Origin: Gemmataceae bacterium | Lineage (GTDB): Bacteria; Planctomycetota; Planctomycetia; Gemmatales; Gemmataceae | Reading direction: 5' to 3' | DNA: 64,000 bases | Assembly (NCBI GenBank): GCA_009691845.1 | Contig: SIAJ01000013.1 | Location: 13,749 to 77,748, forward strand | In this document: piece after piece, positions 18,504 to 27,478 of the stretch | Layout of the letters: each line of letters starts with the position of its first letter | How positions within the stretch are numbered: position 1 is the stretch's first letter | Translations under genes and position numbers: made by a program | The notes under the pieces: generated by a model | Told to the model about the DNA's origin: nothing | What the model saw: only the letters and a program-made list of their open reading frames with translations | Database searches by the model: none

Positions 18504-18697
18504 CGTCCGTGAATGGAGGGAGGCTGAGCGGTCATATTCTTACGCCTGGTCTCCGTTGAGGGGAAGAGGCGTTCACTTGCGGACGCTTCGGCATCCTCGG
18601 GAGGAGCCCGAAGCGTTAGCGAGGGGTGCACTTCACACAGGTAAGAATCTAATCGGGAGTACGGATTGTTCGTTACCCCTTGTGAAGCACAACAAAC

Positions 18698-21600
18698 CTA
18701 GGAAAGGGGTAGCCAGTCCACGTCGCTCCTGGAGTGTGCGGACTGGGTGTGATCGCCGTGCTCTTCGCAGAGTTTGGTAAACGCATTCACGTTCTCGCGA
18801 CGGGACTCACGCCAAATCATGAAGTCTTCATCGCTGGGTGCCACGTGTATTTCCTCCCGACAGAATTTTCGCACCCTATCGACATGCGCTTCTGCTGAAG
18901 CAGGAACCCCGATTACTGTGAGTGTGGGCTTTCCTTGGCCGAGATCGCCGGGCGTAGCCCGATCGAGTAGGTCGGCAATTCGGTCCTTGCCTCCAGCGTC
19001 CGCCGTCTCTGCAAGTGCCTTGAGAATGGGCGAAGCGGTCGGTGCCGGCAGTCTAGTTTCCAGGAAGCGCGAGGCTTGCTCGGTAAGCAAGTGCAGAAAT
19101 GCCGCACCGAATTCCGTCGAGCGGTTACAGGCATTCGTGACCCCTCGACATTCGTGGCAGATTCGACCCTGGAGCTTTTTGTCGAATTCTCGGAGTTCAT
19201 CGGGTCGGATTGAATCAAGCAAAAGCATGGCCGATTCCCGAATCGAATTTGTACCATCCGGGAACACCGGGCGACTCAGGCCGTCGTCGATTTCGCTTGT
19301 CGTCCCGCCGACGTCCAACTGTTTCAGGAAGTTGACAAGTTGGCTCCGAATCGCCGTCACTTCGCGGACGAGTTCGGGCACGTTACCCACAATGATTCGA
19401 TACACGCCCGCACATGCTCCTAACACCTGACCTTGAAATCGGGCCAGGGCCCAGTGTTTCATTGCTCGCGAATTCGCGGCTGGCAACAGGGCTTTTTGAA
19501 TCGTCCGAGCAGAACTCTTCGAGGTCGAGGCTAGCAACTGTTGGTGGATTGGAGCGAAAAATCTGGCGGCATCGGCTTCCAGGTCGATTGCTGCTTGCTC
19601 AACTTTGGTAATGGCCCGGCACAACCTTTCTCGAAGGAGGCGGATCGCTTCTTCTGTACCGCCCACGCGCAATCCTGGCTGTTCGATGAGGGCCAAAATC
19701 GAAGTGGCTAGCCGTGAATCTGCCTGAGAAGCAAGCTCCTGGACTTTGGTCTGAAGAGCGGCGGGGATCGTAGGCAGGTGGTCGCGTTCGAAAGTACCAG
19801 GGCGTCCCAGCAAGACGACGAGTTTGCCAAAAGCCTGCGACGCCCGAACAAAGTCGCTCTCCTCGGCTTCATCGTCCATCAACGGTTCTAGGGCTTGATA
19901 AAGAGCCTCCTGAAGAGGTTGGCCAAGAGTTTTCTTGAGATGTTCATCGAACATGTTGCGGAGAAACTCTTGGCCCAGTTGGCGTTCTTGCCATAGAGAC
20001 GCGATCAATTCCCGGGGATACGAACCAGTTAACTCGCTGCCCTTTCCCATCCAGGCGGCAAGCGTTCGCTGGGCAAGCATTGTCGAGGCCGTTCGCAGAA
20101 TCGCTTTTCGTGGCCACTTCAGCCGTTGTGTACCAACCACGGTGAAGGGGAGATTACTTTGAGCAACCGTGGCTGTGGTCCGGCCAAGCGGTGTCAGCAG
20201 TTCCGTGAACATCACTTCCGCGGCCAGCGATTCGGAATGCTTGCTCTCCTGGCGGTCGCATGTCCCTGGGAGCGGAATCAGGGTCACGCGCCGAAAGGGG
20301 CGGTCCGGATCAGTAATTGTCCCTTCGCTGGTATCGAACGTGGCGGCGTAGCACGATTCGGCGTGGTAATAGTGATTGAGTTCCGCGAGTGCCGTGCGGA
20401 CATTGCCAATGTTGCGGCGATTGCTGGTTTGTGAAATCCCTGCCGGGACGCCGAGTAAAGCCGAGACTCGGATACTTGAACATCCCAGGTTCCTGAGTTC
20501 GCGGCGAATGAGATAGGTGCAATCCAAGAACATGCCGGAACCAGTGCCACCGTGCAGAGACGAGGCCACGACCACGCGTGGCAGGTTCGTCCACATTCGC
20601 TGGCCCGTGATTCGAATCGCTTCCAGGAGGCAAGTCGGATTCAACAGCGGTTCGAGGGCCTTGCGAATACGATGGCAAATCACGTGATAGTGGTCGCACA
20701 GGGCCAGGCGACCTAGGCAACGAATCCCTTCCGTACTCGGTGTCCGTGGGATCCGGAACAGGTCCTCTTGTTTCAGCCAGGCATCGACCGGAGCGATTCC
20801 TTCACGCGAAAGGTAATGCGTGGGTCGGCGCAAGGTGGTCAACAACACATCCTCGGAATCCAAGGCCGTAGTGGAAGAACCCGAGGTGGCCAATTGCATC
20901 GTGGTCGGATCCGTATCAATCTGGAGCCAGCGCAAGTGCGGCAGGGTCGGGCGGCCGAAGCGATCCGCGATCCATTGTCGGGTGGCACGCAGAAAAGCCA
21001 GTCCGGTTCCGCCCAGACCGACAACCAGAGTCGGAGCCAGCACTCCATCGTCGAGAATCTCTTCCGGTGCCCTCGCTCGCGAGGATGCGGCCGGGACTGT
21101 CGGGGCCTTTCTCGCCGTGGTGAGCGCAGTCGGCCGCCATACCGTTGATTTCGGCGTGATTAGCGCCGGCAGGGACTTCGGTCGAGGCAGTTGCGCCTGC
21201 TCTGGGGAGCTATCCGTTCGGGTGGCCATTCTGGAGTCAGGAGTTTCCGTATGGCCGGCCGGTTTCTTCTCTCGATTATCGCCCGGAATTTGCACCTCCC
21301 CGAGCAGGGCTTTCACGAACTCAGTACAACTCGAAAAGCGATCGTCGGGCTTTTTGGCCAGCGCTTTGAAGATGGCTTCCCGATCCGGAGACGGCAAACC
21401 GACGAGGTCGGGAACACCCGTGAGGTGCTGCATGATCAGCTGTCGCGTGTTGGATCCGTTGAACGGCCGCTTGCCGATCAGCATTTCCATGTAGACGATG
21501 GCCAGACTATACTGGTCGCTCTGGCGGCTCACCCACCCATTGAACGATTCGGGCGGGGCATACATCGGCGTGATGCCACCCGTTACGGCTGCACGTGCAC

Positions 21601-22111
21601 CATCGAGGTCCTTGGCGAGTCCAAAGTCCGCGACCTTGATATGGCGACCGACTAGAAACAGGTTCTGCGGCTTGATGTCGAGATGCTGAATCTAATGGTG
21701 AAGATTCATCAGATCGAGTGCCTCGGCCGCTTCCACCATGTACTGCAGAAGTTCGGCGCGAGGGATGCCCGGCAGGCCGGAATCGGCTGCCTCGGTGAAG
21801 CGATCGAACAGGTTTCTATCGGCCAACTCCATGACAATCAGGAGTTGGCCGTCGATGACTTCGATACGTTCGAGGGAGAGCAAAAACGGATGTCGAATCG
21901 TCTTGACGCGGTTGAGCGAGCGGAACTCTTGCTCGGCCCCTCTGTTATCACTGCCATCACTATCCTTGCCGCCGAAGACGAACTTGATGGCCTTGTGCAT
22001 CCCACCGGGGGCCTCGGCCTTCCAGACCTCGCCGTAGCCCCCTCGGCCAAGACGTCTGATGAGCCGGTAGCCTGGTATGGGCTCGGCATTCACTGCGGCG
22101 GGTTGTTGCAT
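18698..22111 (-). pseudogene. Ser/Thr protein kinase fused to a tubulin/FtsZ-like GTPase domain and a long helical C-terminal region; single in-frame TAG at 21692-21694
   Basis: ORFs 21692..22123 and 18698..21565 share a frame. Reading through gives ..LDLMNLHH*IQHLDIKPQNLFLVGRHIKVADFGLAKDLDGARAAVTGGITPMYAPPESF.. Kinase motifs: LGRGGYGEVW, AIKF, HLDIKPQN, DFG, APE. Downstream: VVGLGGTGLAF and SSLHGGTGSGMF (tubulin signature-like, PF13809-type). The likely start is the ATG at 22111 (MQQPAAV). Confidence 0.75.
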
Positions 22112-22204
22112 GGAGGTGAGCAACGTTTACGAAACTCGTTAGGCAAGAGTAAGGGCAATTTGGCGATGACGGAATATAGTTCATTCAGGATGGAAACCAG
22201 CGTT

Positions 22205-22256
22205 GACATGCCCAGTTTTCGTGGGGCACGGACATGCCCAGTTTTCATGGGGCACG
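22205..22256. promoter_or_regulatory. Tandem 26-bp direct repeat (2 copies, 1 mismatch), each unit an imperfect palindrome, in the divergent kinase/ASCH intergenic region
   Basis: gacatgcccagttttcGtggggcacg | gacatgcccagttttcAtggggcacg. Each unit contains TGCCCA-N7-TGGGGCA. TTGACA at 22203-22208 overlaps the first unit. Confidence 0.6.
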
Positions 22257-22289
22257 AGAATTGTGCCTGGCTCTCACAAGGAGTCTAGA

Positions 22290-22706
22290 TTGCTGAAACA
22301 AACGAATTACGCGCTCTCGATCAAGCAGCCTTGGGCAGCCCTCGTGGTCGCGGGGATCAAAACGATCGAGATTCGCACATGGGCGACGTCGATTCGCGGC
22401 CGAATTTTCGTCCATGCTGCCAGCATCCCCGATAAGCGGCCCGAAGGCTGGGCCGCAATTCCGGAACACTTAAGGACACTCGCCGAAACGGTGGGCGGAG
22501 TGATCGGAGCCGTCGATTTGCTCTCGTGCATCGGCTATCGCACTGCCGCGAAATTCAAGCTGGACGCGAATAAACACCTGAACGACCCGTCGTGGTTCGA
22601 AGGCCCGCAGATGTACGGGTTTCAGTTCGGTTCGCCCGCAGTCTTGCCGTTCCTCCGTTACAAAGGAAATGTGCGATTTTTTAAGGTCGAAGAATTAGGC
22701 GAGTGA
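22290..22706 (+). CDS. ASCH domain protein
   Basis: ALSIKQPWAALVVAGIKTIEIRTW..RGRIFVHA is the ASCH (ASC-1 homology, PUA-like) signature. I prefer the in-frame TTG at 22290 because AAGGAG lies 6 nt upstream. The ORF-track start at 22203 falls inside the tandem repeat. Confidence 0.7.
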   Translation: MLKQTNYALSIKQPWAALVVAGIKTIEIRTWATSIRGRIFVHAASIPDKRPEGWAAIPEHLRTLAETVGGVIGAVDLLSCIGYRTAAKFKLDANKHLNDPSWFEGPQMYGFQFGSPAVLPFLRYKGNVRFFKVEELGE

Positions 22707-22822
22707 CTCTGCCCGATCGAGTCTGCTTCAGTGACGGAATGTTGATCTGGCCGGAATTGTCCAGGGCGTAGCGCGACATGGAACGAGTACGCCTTGAAGG
22801 GAAGGGAGCGAGGGTTCGGCAG

Positions 22823-24109
22823 CTACTCCTTCGCGGACGCTTCAGGCTTCGAAACCAATCCTGCCACAACCGCCTGCAAGAACGCCGCCGCCGGTGCCCC
22901 GTCAACTGCACGATGGTCGAAGGTCAAACTCAACGTAACAATTTCCCGGATGGCGACTTGTCCCTCGAAAACCGCTGGCTGCTTCGCAATGCGGCCGATG
23001 CCGAGGATCGCAATCTCCGGCCAGTTGATGATCGGGGTGAACGCATCGATCCCGAATCGGCCGAGGTTCGTGATGGTGAACGAGCCACCTTGCATTGCAC
23101 TCGCGGACAGCTGCCGTAAACGTGCCTTTTCAGCTATTTCCTTGGTTCGTCGCTCAAGTTCTACAAGAGACAAAGCGGAAACGTCGCGAATTACGGGCAC
23201 CATCAGTCCCGCCGGGGTATCCACCGCGACGCCAATATCAATCTGTGATGCAATCTCCAGTCGTTCGCCGACCCAGCGCGCGTTGAGAGCGGGATGCTTC
23301 TGAAGTGTCTCTGCCGTGATTCGGATGATGAAGTCCGTGAAGGTCGGCACCACGCCAGATGTGCCCTTGCGCTGCTCACGCCACTTCACCAACTCCGTTA
23401 CATCGGCCGTAGTTGTCAGCGTCACGGGAACGGTTGACTTCACGCTGTGGAGCAGATGAGCCGCGATGGCTTGCCGAGTCGATGACAGAGCTTTGCCGGC
23501 CCCGAGCGCAAGCACATCCCGTTCGCGAATGCGGCCATTGCGGCCCGTGCCGTCGATTCGCGACAGGTCCACGCCTCTCTCGCGTGCAACTCGCCGCGCT
23601 CGTGGCGAACTTGCTCGGGAGACAGGCCGAGTTTCGATGGCACGCAAATCTCCCGCATCAATTCGGCCGCCAATGCCGCTGCCAGCGATCTTGGCGAGAT
23701 CAACGGACAGCGCGCGCGCCAAACGCCGCACGGCCGGGCTGGCCGCGGGCAAGGCTCCCCCCTCTCCACTTCGGAGAAGAGGGCCAGGGAGGAGAGGTTT
23801 GGGTTGGGGATCATTGACCGGCTGAGACTTCCTCTCAGGCCCAGTCTCGGCACGTGGAGTGGAAGAAGAGACCTCCAAAAATGCAACGGTGGCACCCACG
23901 GCCACCGTGTCTCCCTCTTTCGGTCCATCGGCCGGAATGCGCAAGATGCCCGCGTCGATGGCTTCGACTTCCTGAACTGCTTTATCGCCTTCGAGTTTGA
24001 ACAGGGCATCGCCCGGTTGAATCGTGGTGCCATCCTGCTTGAGCCAACCCAGGAACACGCCCGACTCCATGTTCCAGCCGAAACGAGGGACGAGGATTTC
24101 TATGGGCAT
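22823..24109 (-). CDS. Dihydrolipoamide acyltransferase (E2) of a 2-oxoacid dehydrogenase complex
   Basis: Lipoyl domain ..FKLEGDKAVQEVEA.., two E3/E1-binding (PSBD-like) segments (PAVRRLARALSVDLAKIAGSG.., PRARRVARERGVDLSRIDGTG..), and catalytic SLTFDHRAVDGAPAAAFL. ATG at 24109 (MPIEILVP). Confidence 0.85.
   Translation of the reverse strand: MPIEILVPRFGWNMESGVFLGWLKQDGTTIQPGDALFKLEGDKAVQEVEAIDAGILRIPADGPKEGDTVAVGATVAFLEVSSSTPRAETGPERKSQPVNDPQPKPLLPGPLLRSGEGGALPAASPAVRRLARALSVDLAKIAGSGIGGRIDAGDLRAIETRPVSRASSPRARRVARERGVDLSRIDGTGRNGRIRERDVLALGAGKALSSTRQAIAAHLLHSVKSTVPVTLTTTADVTELVKWREQRKGTSGVVPTFTDFIIRITAETLQKHPALNARWVGERLEIASQIDIGVAVDTPAGLMVPVIRDVSALSLVELERRTKEIAEKARLRQLSASAMQGGSFTITNLGRFGIDAFTPIINWPEIAILGIGRIAKQPAVFEGQVAIREIVTLSLTFDHRAVDGAPAAAFLQAVVAGLVSKPEASAKE
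23755..23797. repeat. Family-B REP-like palindrome embedded in frame in the E2 inter-domain linker
   Basis: ctcccccctctccacttcggagaagagggccagggaggagagg. The first 13 nt are identical to the intergenic copy at 60115. It is translated on the minus strand as ..PKPLLPGPLLRSGEGGA.. Confidence 0.5.
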
Positions 24110-24133
24110 GACAAATTCTCTTCGCGTCAAGAT

Positions 24134-24171
24134 AGTAGTCCGCACACTCCGTGTGCGGAAAGACTGCACAC
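24134..24171. repeat. REP-like hairpin, family A, in the E1-E2 intergenic spacer
   Basis: agtagTCCGCACAC-tcc-GTGTGCGGAaagactgcacac, a perfect 9-bp stem at 24139-24159 followed by a partial third half-site. Confidence 0.65.
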
Positions 24172-24225
24172 AATCGAATTCGGCGCGGTTCGTGCGGGCA
24201 GTCGGCACACGGGGTGAGCCGACGA

Positions 24226-26187
24226 CTATTCCGCCAACAAATCGCGGATGGCTTTTTGAATATCCTCCGCGCTCGGCACGACGGCTTTTTCCAAAGTTGG
24301 GCTATAAGGCGTTGGCGTGTGGATGCCGTTGAGCCGGCGAATCGGTGCATCGAGATCGTCGAAGCCGCGATCCGCGACCTGGGCCGCGATCTCCGCTCCG
24401 ACGCCGAACGGGCCGAAGGTCTCATCGACTACCAGCAGCCGGCTCGTTTTTCGAACCGACTTCAGAATCGTTTCCACATCGAGCGGGGCGACCGTGCGTG
24501 GGTCGATGAGTTCGACGGAGATGCCTTCTCCGGCCAGCGTTTCACACACGGCCCGGACGCGATGAACCATTGCGCACAAAGCCACCACGGTCAGATCTCG
24601 GCCTTCGCGAACAACCGCAGCCTGGCCAAACGGAATCTCGTAGGCCTCGGTCGGAACCGGGCCCTTCACGCTTAGCACATCGCGGTGTTCCAGGAACACC
24701 ACCGGATCATGGCAGCGCAGTGCATGCGTTAGCAAGCCTTTCGCGTCGTAAGGATTCGACGGCACCACGACACGCAACCCAGGCACCTGAGCGAAGAGCG
24801 GATAGTAATTCCCCGAATGGTGCGTGGCGGCTGAGTGACCGACCCCGATGCATCCACGCAGAAGGATCGGCATCTTCAACCGTCCGCTCGACATGTACTG
24901 CATCTTGGCGATCTGGTTGATGATCTCGCCGAGCCCATCGAGCACGAAGTCCGCGAACATGAAATCGACAATGGGCCGCGACCCGGTCATCGCTGCCCCG
25001 CCCGCCAGGCCGACGAAGCCGCGTTCAGCGATTGGGGTATCGCACAGCCGTTGCGGCCCGTACTTTTCGTAAAGCCCCGCCGTCGTCTTGAAGTTGCCCC
25101 CGCGTTTGCCAATGCCTTCGCCGAGCACGAAGATCGAGTCATCGCTGGCCATGGCATCGCTCAGTGCTTCCAGCGTGGCAGCCATGAACGTGATTTCACG
25201 GTTGCCGGGTTGAGGCGCCGCTCTCGGAGTTCGCGGTTCGGCATAGATGAACGAATTGGCCGACGCCGGCTCTGGCCAGGCGGCTTGCTCGGCCGCTTGC
25301 GTGGCCTCGGCGACCTCAGTTTCGATTGCCTTCTCAATCTCGGTGACACTTATCCCGCTGGAAACCATCCGGGAGCGGAGACGCTCGATCGGGCAGAGTT
25401 TCTTCCACTCGTCGACCTCCTCACGAGTGCGGTAGCCAAAATCTCCCATGCCCTCGGCATGAGCGCGGGTTCGATACGTGCGACATTCGAGCAGCGTCGG
25501 CCCGTTGCCGGCTCGGGCCCGCTCGACCGCCTGGCCTGCGACATGCGAAACGCTTAGCACGTCATTGCCGTCCACGAGTACGCCCGGAATGCCGTAAGCG
25601 GCCCCGCGGCTGGCTACCTCGGGATTGCCCGCCGCATAGGCGAAAGGCACCTCGGTCGCGTATTGATTGTTTTCGCACACGAACAGCACGGGCAGTTTCC
25701 AGATCGAGGCCAGGTTCAGGCCTTCGTGAAAGGCACCGTTATTCACGGCCCCATCGCCGAAGAACGCGACTGCGACCCGATCGCTTTTCAAGATGCGAAA
25801 GCTATAGCCCGCCCCCGCCGCCTGTAAAATGCACGGTCCAACAATGCCGCTGGTCCCCATCATGCCGGTTTCCGGCGCGAACAAGTGCATGCTGCCGCCC
25901 CGGCCACGCGAGCAACCGGCTTCCCGCCCGAACAACTCGGCAATCAACTGGAAGGTCGAAACACCCTTGGCCAACGCGTGCCCGTGGCCCCGGTGCGTGC
26001 TGAAGACCACGTCCTCTTTACGCAGATGGGAGCAGACACCGACCGCAATCGCTTCCTGTCCAACGTAAGTGTGACAGGCACCGTGAATCAAGCCACGCTG
26101 ATGGCACTTCGCCAGTTGCTCTTCGCACTTGCGAATGCGGAGCATCGATTGGAAGAGGTTGGCCGCGTTACTGGGGAGAGCTATCAC
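24226..26187 (-). CDS. Fused E1 alpha + E1 beta subunit of a thiamine-diphosphate-dependent 2-oxoacid dehydrogenase
   Basis: Alpha part: LFQSMLRIRKCEEQ, CHTYVGQEA, GRGGSMHLF, GDGAVNNG. Beta part: ITFMAATLEAL.., DTPIAERGFVGLAGGAAMTGSRPIV. The ORF track begins at the ATG at 26274, but residues 3-25 are a translated REP element. I prefer the GTG at 26187. The start is uncertain. Confidence 0.85.
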   Translation of the reverse strand: MIALPSNAANLFQSMLRIRKCEEQLAKCHQRGLIHGACHTYVGQEAIAVGVCSHLRKEDVVFSTHRGHGHALAKGVSTFQLIAELFGREAGCSRGRGGSMHLFAPETGMMGTSGIVGPCILQAAGAGYSFRILKSDRVAVAFFGDGAVNNGAFHEGLNLASIWKLPVLFVCENNQYATEVPFAYAAGNPEVASRGAAYGIPGVLVDGNDVLSVSHVAGQAVERARAGNGPTLLECRTYRTRAHAEGMGDFGYRTREEVDEWKKLCPIERLRSRMVSSGISVTEIEKAIETEVAEATQAAEQAAWPEPASANSFIYAEPRTPRAAPQPGNREITFMAATLEALSDAMASDDSIFVLGEGIGKRGGNFKTTAGLYEKYGPQRLCDTPIAERGFVGLAGGAAMTGSRPIVDFMFADFVLDGLGEIINQIAKMQYMSSGRLKMPILLRGCIGVGHSAATHHSGNYYPLFAQVPGLRVVVPSNPYDAKGLLTHALRCHDPVVFLEHRDVLSVKGPVPTEAYEIPFGQAAVVREGRDLTVVALCAMVHRVRAVCETLAGEGISVELIDPRTVAPLDVETILKSVRKTSRLLVVDETFGPFGVGAEIAAQVADRGFDDLDAPIRRLNGIHTPTPYSPTLEKAVVPSAEDIQKAIRDLLAE

Positions 26188-26207
26188 GTGGGTGCCTTTG
26201 ATTCCAA

Positions 26208-26261
26208 AGTAGTCTGCACACGGAGCGTGCAGACCGTCCGCAGACTCCGTGTGCGGACTAC
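26208..26261. repeat. Double family-A REP element (two inverted 17-nt units, two hairpins)
   Basis: aGTAGTCtGCACACGGAG...CTCCGTGTGCGGACTAC. The inner hairpins are gtctgcac/gtgcagac (26212-26234) and gtccgca/tgcggac (26236-26258). Confidence 0.65.
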
Positions 26262-26278
26262 GATGAGGCGGCATTGGC

Positions 26279-27478
26279 CTACCGACCCGAATACACTCGC
26301 TTCTTCACATCCTCCGGCAGACGGTCAGGATATGGCAACGCCTGCAAGAAATGAACCACGTCCCAGGTTTGCGACTCGCTGAGCGCTATCGCGGCCGGCA
26401 TGTTCGATGGGCCGATCCCGCCATGAATTCGGCGATAGAGTTGCTCGGGGGCCGTGCCTCCCTTTCGTCTCGCATCGGTCAAATCGCCTGGCTTGATCAG
26501 CGTGCCCCAGACGTCGTATTGCAGCTTGGTATCGCGGCCATAGTTCATGTGGCAGGTCACGCAGGCGGCCCCTTTTTGATCGAGAAACAGAGTGTGGCCA
26601 CGCACAATTGATTCGGCCACCGCGGGAGAATTCTCCGCGAAGGTCGGCTTGATTGCCGGCATCACGTCGTTGTTCGCCTTCTGCCATGCCCGGAGTTCAT
26701 TGCGTGTGATCTCCTTCGCATCCGAAGCCAGATCGGCATTCAATCCCGGTTCGCCATGGACCAAAAGCGTGCGAAGAATCTCAAACTCCGTTCGGCCACG
26801 GACGCTGAGATAGATCACATAGTCGATTAACCGCTGACGTTCCTCTTCGCTACGCAACTTGAACCTGGGCATTTGCGTGCCGGGAAGCCCGTTGGTCAGC
26901 GTGAAGAACAGGTCGTCCCGGGTTGGCTTTCGCGGTCCGGTGGCGTTCGTGGAAACGAACTTGAAAGCTCCCTGGCGGAAGTCGCGGGGATGAGGCGTGA
27001 TCCACGGGGCGGTCTGTCCGCGGCCATTGCCGTTTACGCCGTGACACTGCTGACAGTGCTTGCGAAACAGCTTGCTTCCGGTCGCGAGGTGTTCTGGCGA
27101 GAGACCGAGTTCATTGGCGAGAATTTTAGATTCGTGGTCATCGGCGAATTCAGGCTCGGCGGGCGTGCCGAAGGATTTTCGCAGATGCCCGTTCAATTGG
27201 TCATGCAGCGATTCAGGCACGTCTTCCGGGTTGCGAACCTTGCCGCCGCGTTCGTTGATGCGCTGGATCGCTTCATCCAGTTCGCCCGCAGCTTCCGGTT
27301 GATTCGGGACGTTCTTGGGTAATTCGAGAACGATCCAATCTTGACGCGGTGGGTAAACGAAGGAATTGGGATAGGCGTCCGGATCGCTATTGCAGCCGCC
27401 ACAACCGGCACAGGCAAAAAGCAAGAAGGCCAGCAAAGCTGGCCGTCGCACACTGCCCGTTCGTGATCGGGCCGCCAT
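26279..27478 (-). CDS. Dihaem c-type cytochrome lipoprotein
   Basis: Lipobox LLFACAGCGGC and two CxxCH sites (CQQCH, CVTCH). The ATG overlaps the coxIV stop (TGATG). It is the last gene of the oxidase operon. Confidence 0.75.
   Translation of the reverse strand: MAARSRTGSVRRPALLAFLLFACAGCGGCNSDPDAYPNSFVYPPRQDWIVLELPKNVPNQPEAAGELDEAIQRINERGGKVRNPEDVPESLHDQLNGHLRKSFGTPAEPEFADDHESKILANELGLSPEHLATGSKLFRKHCQQCHGVNGNGRGQTAPWITPHPRDFRQGAFKFVSTNATGPRKPTRDDLFFTLTNGLPGTQMPRFKLRSEEERQRLIDYVIYLSVRGRTEFEILRTLLVHGEPGLNADLASDAKEITRNELRAWQKANNDVMPAIKPTFAENSPAVAESIVRGHTLFLDQKGAACVTCHMNYGRDTKLQYDVWGTLIKPGDLTDARRKGGTAPEQLYRRIHGGIGPSNMPAAIALSESQTWDVVHFLQALPYPDRLPEDVKKRVYSGR

Noticed and set aside
26188-26274. 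N-terminal extension of the E1 ORF (MPPHRSPHTESADGLHAPCADYFGIKGTH).
   Set aside because: The peptide is the literal translation of the double REP element. I prefer the downstream GTG at 26187, but the ATG at 26274 cannot be excluded without data.
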